Translations under genes and position numbers: made by a program
Assembly (NCBI GenBank): GCA_965198115.1
Contig: OZ240241.1
Coordinates: 8,320,001-8,384,000, forward strand
DNA: 64,000 nt
Direction: 5' to 3'
Origin: Candidatus Latescibacterota bacterium
GTDB taxonomy: Bacteria; Latescibacterota; UBA2968
Notes under the pieces: generated by a model
Seen by the model: only the letters and a program-made list of their open reading frames with translations
What the model was told of the DNA's origin: nothing
Databases searched by the model: none
Shown: positions 58,814-64,000 of the stretch, piece by piece
Numbering within the stretch: the stretch's first letter is position 1
Layout of the letters: the number at the start of each line of letters is the position of its first letter

Positions 58814-60233
58814 GGCTATATCCGGATCTCTCAACGAGATGAAGTGGGTGAAGGTGCCGTGGTTCCTGGCATGGGGGCGCGGTTAGAGTGTGCGGAACCT
58901 CTTCGGAATCTGCTCAGGGATGTTTATGTCTCCGACGGTAAGGAAGATCATATCGTTGAATGCGTCGAGTGTGCGGAATCCGCTGGCTCGGTTCTTGACG
59001 ATTTGGACGATTCGGTTGAGGCCTTCGGCGATGGCGTTGGTAAGACGCGTGTTCACGAATGCGAGGACGCCGAAGAAGTGCTGTCGCAGGGTCCTGACGA
59101 ACTTTCGCAGGGGTTCAAGTCGACTTCTGAGTGCGGACGTCGTCCAGCATTTCAGGAAGCGTTCGGCAGCCCAGGGCGCTTTGTATTCCCAGAACTGCTC
59201 GAACTCGTCCTTGAGTCTCCAGGCTCTATAGATTCGGTAGTTCGCCTTCTCCAGTGCTTTGAGTGTCCGAGTATCCCCTCTGGAGCGTGTCGCTGAGTGC
59301 CGGTAGAGGAGCCATCGGAGGCCCTTCATGGCTTTGCGCTCATCCGGGGCAGCTTTACGCCACTGGTCCTTACGGACCTCGTCAACGGCGGCATTGAGAG
59401 CCTTGACGATGTGAAAGCGATCGAGGACCAGCTTGGCATTCGGACAGTGTTCCTGGATGGCTCCGATGTAAGCTTCGCTCATGTCGCAGCAGGCCCACTC
59501 GATCTTGGATCTCCGGTAGGGACTGAGAGCCTCTGTGAAGAACCGATCGATCGTTTTACGCGCCCTGCCGCGGCCAACCCACACCACGCAGGAGCGGTCC
59601 AGATCGTAAACGAGCGTGGCGTACCTGTGACGCTTGGCGTAGGAGATCTCGTCGATCCCGATGGTTTTGAGCCCTCGGATACGATGACCTTCACGAAGCC
59701 GCGTGATGGATCGGTGAAGGAGATCCGACAGCGTCGAGGCAGAGATGCGCAGTAACTCGGACGCCGCCTTCTGCGTCATGGTCTGGCAGTAGCGCAGCAT
59801 GGCATACTCGAAGCGATACGTCACCCGAGAGAACCGCTCCGCCCACGGAATCTCCTCGACCACACGACCGTGGGTAGGACACCGAATCTCCCGAGGATGG
59901 TAGAGAAGCCAGACCCTCCACCCGCACACCGGAATGTCACGCCACCGACGCGGATGGGGCATTGTGCGGACGATTTTACCTCGACGGCCGCACTCCGGAC
60001 AACAACAACCATTCTTATGTGGCTTTACGGCGATGACGAAACAGCTTCTCCCCTCAAACCACCAGCTGACAACACGGAACCCCTTGAATCTCAGCAGTTT
60101 CGATAGTAATCTGCTCCCGGTCATAGGTCGCACCCCCTTCGCTTTGATTGTCCTACACACACAACCAAGCGTAGGGAACGATCTATGACCTTGTCATTCT
60201 ATAGTTTCATCGTTGAGAAACCCGGATAGAGCC
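58814..60233 (-). mobile_element. ISL3-family element (1420 bp)
   Basis: IRs GGCTATATCCGGATCTCTCAACGA / rc GGCTCTATCCGGGTTTCTCAACGA; 8-bp A-rich TSD GAAAAAAA (58806-58813, 60234-60241). Confidence 0.95.
58883..60160 (-). CDS. ISL3-family transposase
   Basis: CPECG zinc finger, IGIDEIS, CDMSEAY, DRFHIV, TNAIAEGLN. Confidence 0.95.
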   Translation of the reverse strand: MCRTIKAKGVRPMTGSRLLSKLLRFKGFRVVSWWFEGRSCFVIAVKPHKNGCCCPECGRRGKIVRTMPHPRRWRDIPVCGWRVWLLYHPREIRCPTHGRVVEEIPWAERFSRVTYRFEYAMLRYCQTMTQKAASELLRISASTLSDLLHRSITRLREGHRIRGLKTIGIDEISYAKRHRYATLVYDLDRSCVVWVGRGRARKTIDRFFTEALSPYRRSKIEWACCDMSEAYIGAIQEHCPNAKLVLDRFHIVKALNAAVDEVRKDQWRKAAPDERKAMKGLRWLLYRHSATRSRGDTRTLKALEKANYRIYRAWRLKDEFEQFWEYKAPWAAERFLKCWTTSALRSRLEPLRKFVRTLRQHFFGVLAFVNTRLTNAIAEGLNRIVQIVKNRASGFRTLDAFNDMIFLTVGDINIPEQIPKRFRTL

Positions 60234-60433
60234 GAAAAAAATAGAAGTGACAGGCGTCCCACGCGCCGTCCCGCAGACCGGCGAAGTAGCGCAGGTTCTG
60301 GCGTCCGGTCAGGTAAAGGGCGTCGATGGCGCTCTCGCGAAGGACCTGCTGTGCGCGGACGTAGCGCTGCTCGTATTCGGCGCGCGGAAAATCAGGGAAC
60401 ATTAACTCTTTCATAAACGGTGTTCGACCCGTC

Positions 60434-60701
60434 TCACTGCTCGTCGAAGAACCCGATTGCGTCCAGGGCAGTCCGCATCTGGTGCTTTTCGCCCTCATCA
60501 AGCGGGGGTATGGGCGTGCGTGGAAGGCCGCACGCCAGACCCATCCAATCCATGGTCTGCTTGGCCGCGGCGACGACCTCGACAGTGGAAATGGCGGCGA
60601 TGCACGCGTTGATCCGCTTCTGCGCAGATGTGGCGGCGGGCATGTCCGAGGCTTGGATCGCATCCCAAAGCTCGACGAACCACTGAGGTATAAGATTGTA
60701 G
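60434..60701 (-). pseudogene. C-terminal remnant of a DapA/N-acetylneuraminate lyase-family aldolase
   Basis: YNLIPQWFVELWDAIQASDMPAATSAQKRIN...AAKQTMDWMGLACGLPRTPIPPL; 5' part lost at the IS630 boundary. Confidence 0.8.
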
Positions 60702-61970
60702 CTAAGTGCATGGTTTCATAAACATTATTACGTATGTCCTGAACATTATTTGTAGCTTATGTTCTCCTTCAAAAGGAGGAGAACAATGCCAAGACGTTCG
60801 CCTTATGTGGTGCTACTGTCTGAGAAGGAACGGGTCGACCTCGAGCGAATGGCTGGACAATATACGTTATCGTATTATAAAGTGATCCGATCGAAAATCG
60901 TGCTTCTCGCCGCCGAGGGATTATCCAACAAGATTATCGCCCAACGGTTGGATGTCCCGCGTCCGATCGTAAGCAAATGGCGTAAGCGCTTTTTCGAAGA
61001 GCGTCTTTCGGGACTCGAAGATAGATCTCGTCCCGGGCGCCCGCCCGGTTTTCCCCCCTCAGGTGGTCGTTCAGATCAAGGCGCTGGCGTGTGAACTACC
61101 GAGCGAGAGCGGGATACCGCTCTCGCGGTTCAGCTGTTCCGAGATTGCCGCCGAGGCAGTGCAAAGGGGCTTCGTTGCCAAGATCAGCGGCGCCACTGTC
61201 TGGCGCTGGTTGAACGAGGACGCGATTCGTCCTTGGTATCATCGCTCCTGGATTTTCCCACGGGACCCGGACTTCCAAACCAAAGCAGGTAGAGTCCTTG
61301 ATCTGTATCACCGCCAATGGCAAGGAAAGCCTTTAGGGCCGAGGGAATATGTACTTTCTGCCGACGAAAAGACCAGTATTCAAGCACGAGCTCGCAAGCA
61401 CGTTACCCTACCGCCAGCCTCGAACAGAGCGGCACGCGTTGAACACGAATACGAGCGGAAAGGAGCCCTGGCCTATCTGGCTGCTCTCGACGTGCACAAT
61501 GGTCGAATCTTCGGTCTCTGTGAGTCTTCTTCGGGTATCGAGCCCTTCAACCGGCTCCTGAGCCTGATCATGAGCCGGAAACCCTATTGCTCGGCAAAGA
61601 AAGTCTACCTCATCGTGGATAATGGCTCCTCGCACCGAGGGCAAACATGCATCGACCGTATCCAGGGGAAGTGGCCAAACATCCACCCCGTTCACCTTCC
61701 GATCCACGCAAGCTGGCTCAATCAGATCGAGATCTACTTCTCGATCCTCAAACGCAAGGCTCTGACACCTATCGAATTTGCATCGCTCGAAGAGCTTGAG
61801 GCAAGAATCCTCGGTTTTCAGGAACGCTACGGACGTATCGCCACACCCTTCAAATGGAAGTTCACACGAACAGATCTCGCGGAGATGATCGACAAACTCA
61901 GGTTCTACGATACGCCCTTGGCAAAGTCTGCTTAGAATACGTCACCGTATTTGAGAACAGGAGTACTAAG
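60702..61970 (+). mobile_element. IS630-family element with two ORFs
   Basis: HTH ORF and DDE ORF flanked by CTAAG on both sides (60702-60706, 61966-61970); ends only weakly inverted, so boundaries are approximate. Confidence 0.85.
60786..61935 (+). CDS. IS630 transposase expressed by probable programmed -1 frameshift
   Basis: OrfA RSKIVLLAAEG...VSKWRKRF...RPGRP; TTTTCCCCCC at about 61049-61058; OrfB SADEKT, IVDNGSSH, ASWLNQIE. Confidence 0.88.
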
Positions 61971-62099
61971 GAAGCAGCCTACGTACATCTAGGACCCGAT
62001 GAGACCTGCTAGGCGGAGGCGCCCTTCGATATAGTCTTAAGTCTGCAGGTCAACCTTTCCTCCCCGCTCCACGGCTCCTATAACGGGAGTCTTCCTCGG

Positions 62100-62564
62100 G
62101 ACGAGCAAGAGGTCGACCGCCTGACATCGGCCAAGATCGTCGAAGGGCTCATTCAGATGGAGGAACGGCCGTGGCCAGAGTGGCGCGGCGGGAAGCCCCT
62201 TACGCAGCGCGGCCTTGCCCGGCTGTTAGGGCCTTTCAGCGTTCGACCCCAACAGCTTTGGATCGATGGGGCGAAGACACGGGGCTACAATCGCGATGAC
62301 TTCGTAGACGCCTGGACGCGCTACCTAGTTCCTGACCCTCCCACCGGGGCTTTTTCCGAGGGACCCCCGGCCCCAAGTGGTAGGTCCGGTAGGACCCGCG
62401 TCAGGACTGCGTTTCAGCCAGATTCGCAAGCGGTAGGCGCTCGCAATCCTACCAGTTGCGAAAACGCCCAAAAACCGCGCCAGGACTGCCTCCTACCGGT
62501 CCTACCACTTGCAAACCGCCCATCTGAGACGGAAGTGAATGAAGATGGCTGGACGGAGGTATGA
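62100..62564 (+). pseudogene. C-terminal remnant of a DUF3631 phage/island replication-associated protein
   Basis: DRLTSAKIVEGLIQMEERPWPEWRGGKPLTQRGLARLLGPFSVRP...RGYNRDDFVDAWTRYL. Confidence 0.75.
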
Positions 62565-62786
62565 CCATGACCTGAGCTATTGGAGATGCTGCGCCTACCG
62601 GAAGACGGTTGCCGCACTATCCCGACTCCCGACGTGGCTCGCGGGATCCGGCCTCGTTCTCTCCTGCTTACTGCCCAGAGTCCTTTGAAAGGGAGCCCCA
62701 GCCAAATGTCCGCTAACATCGGAAAAACCAAGGTCGCAACGGAGTAGCGAAGCGTTCAAGACGCAGGTTCGCACTCACTGTGGCGA

Positions 62787-62876
62787 AGAAAAAACGTTTG
62801 CTCAAAGCGATCCGGCTCGGTATGTCCTACGCGCACGCGGCGCTGTACGGGCATTGCCGAAAAGACGTTCTACAAT
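62787..62876 (+). pseudogene. Fragment of a phage HTH protein (terminase small subunit-like)
   Basis: KKRLLKAIRLGMSYAHAALY / GIAEKTFYN across a frameshift, then truncated. Confidence 0.4.
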
Positions 62877-63278
62877 GTTCAAGTAATTGAAACCCGACGG
62901 CTTGCCGGACCCCCCCCGAGATTCCTGAGAGTGTCTACGTCCGATGCTGTGACCATTCGATTGTCCTTTGCATCGGGGATGTTGTCCCTCTTGACGTAGA
63001 TTTCAAGTGGAGTCAGGTTGACTTTGCCGAAAGTTCATGCAAGTGAACTGCAGGCTGTTGGCGACAGCCTACGTTTTCGTTCGATGCAAGCTGTCCCACC
63101 GGAATTGCTGTCCGCCATTCGCACCCACCACCCCCCCCCCCCCCAAGCCGATCGGCGCTCCTGAGCGCCCTCAAGGCCCTTCCCGGGTCAGGGATGGCCA
63201 CAGCACGATCACGGGCCAGGACGCCGGCGACGTGGGATCAGCAGGACGGCCGAAGCAGTTTCACGAACCGTGGGTTGG

Positions 63279-63329
63279 GGGTCGGGGGTCTTTTCCCTGG
63301 GTCGGGGGGTCTTTTCCGCGCTTGGCGCA
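63279..63329 (+). mobile_element. Orphan IS21-like right end
   Basis: Two tandem copies of GGGTCGGGGG(G)TCTTTTCC followed by a terminal ...GGCGCA. Confidence 0.4.
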
Positions 63330-63601
63330 AGCCTGAAAAGCACCAACGCGTTACTAGTACTTCTTATGAAGTACTAGAGAGAGCATCGTAGACAGGATAT
63401 AATATCCGTATTATCAGTCGGTTAGATCAATTTCGGCCGCGTTATTGCCGGACGCCCTATTCCACCTCCTTTCACAGATGCGCCTACGCCCGCCGCCGCC
63501 GTGGGTGGAGGACGAAGGACCTGGTAGTCACGACAAGGGGATGCGGCACAAGGGGATTCGCAAGGGTCTGCAGATGCACGAGGCCCAGGAACTGGCTCTG
63601 G

Positions 63602-63800
63602 CTTCTCGTCCATCCCGGTCTTGGCGGCGGCGACAGCGAGTGTCTTTTCCTTCGGTATCAGCGACATTAATCTCCTCACCTGTGCATCCGTGACCATCTA
63701 ACCTCCCATCACAACAAGGGGTTAGATAACCTACGGCCATCCCCGCAAAACGGGAATTATGGTTTGTCGTCAGGTGGGAGTTCTAATTTGTCGCTAATCA
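63602..63800 (-). mobile_element. istA: IS21-family left end with truncated istA
   Basis: Minus strand TGATTAGCGACAAATTAGAACTCCCACCTGACGACAAACCATAATTCCCG (TG end with internal repeat), SD GGGAGG, MVTDAQVRRLMSLIPKEKTLAVAAAKTGMDEK then abrupt loss. Confidence 0.75.
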
Positions 63801-63824
63801 CCTCCTCCCATAAAATGGCGGTCT

Positions 63825-64000
63825 TCACCGCTTCCGCTTGCTATTCTTTCGCCGCTGGCGCTCTTGCTGCTTCAACATCCGCTTGGGCATGACGCTACTT
63901 TCGGGAAATCGGATTCCGTTTGTCCCCGCGAGTTTGATCATCTCCCGTAGCTCCATCTCGAACTGCGTAGACGACAGATGAGGTCGAAGCACCGTCAGTT
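63825..64000 (-). CDS. 3' end of a hypothetical gene entering from the right edge
   Basis: Open frame LTVLRPHLSSTQFEMELREMIKLAG...RQRRKNSKRKR*. Confidence 0.45.
   Translation of the reverse strand, partial: LTVLRPHLSSTQFEMELREMIKLAGTNGIRFPESSVMPKRMLKQQERQRRKNSKRKR

Larger units (their letters stand above)
57759..60414 (-). pseudogene. Xaa-Pro peptidase family (M24) gene split by ISL3
   Basis: N-part MKELMFPDFPRAEYEQR...CHFYFF joins LLVPVEGTPVLMVSHG... after IS removal; canonical ligands FDGG, CDF, GHSLGLDIHE, VEP, LE. Confidence 0.9.

Noticed and set aside
63130-63144. Poly-C tract as a phase-variation switch
   Set aside because: Lies in non-coding IS debris with no associated gene or promoter, and homopolymer length is unreliable here

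Overview
GC-rich bacterial accessory/catabolic region from a diderm (TonB-dependent receptors present). The gene content (many PhyH dioxygenases, BNR proteins, tandem orphan MacB-type permeases) resembles Latescibacterota/Poribacteria-like lineages, which is an inference only. Left to right: two minus-strand TonB-dependent receptors, one under a TPP riboswitch with an attenuator; a DUF1016-N/thermonuclease fusion; an SDR; prs; four tandem duplicated MacB/FtsX ABC permeases with no ATPase, separated by heptamer repeats, G-rich octamer repeats and REP-like palindromes; about 40 kb of small-molecule enzymes (nine PhyH-type and one TauD-type Fe/2OG dioxygenases, two FAD amine oxidases, GGT, nitrilase-family, enolase-family, GH32, three BNR proteins, Stf0 sulfotransferase, two M24 proteins, creatininase, APC-USP permease); and a right end of IS and phage debris. 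Five complete IS elements (three IS256, one ISL3, one IS630) each interrupt or truncate a gene, four with clean 8-bp target duplications. About a dozen genes carry small frameshifts that are probably long-read errors, and several spacers hold short remnants of unrelated genes. No rRNA, tRNA or CRISPR array was seen. All family calls come from motif recognition by eye, not database searches.
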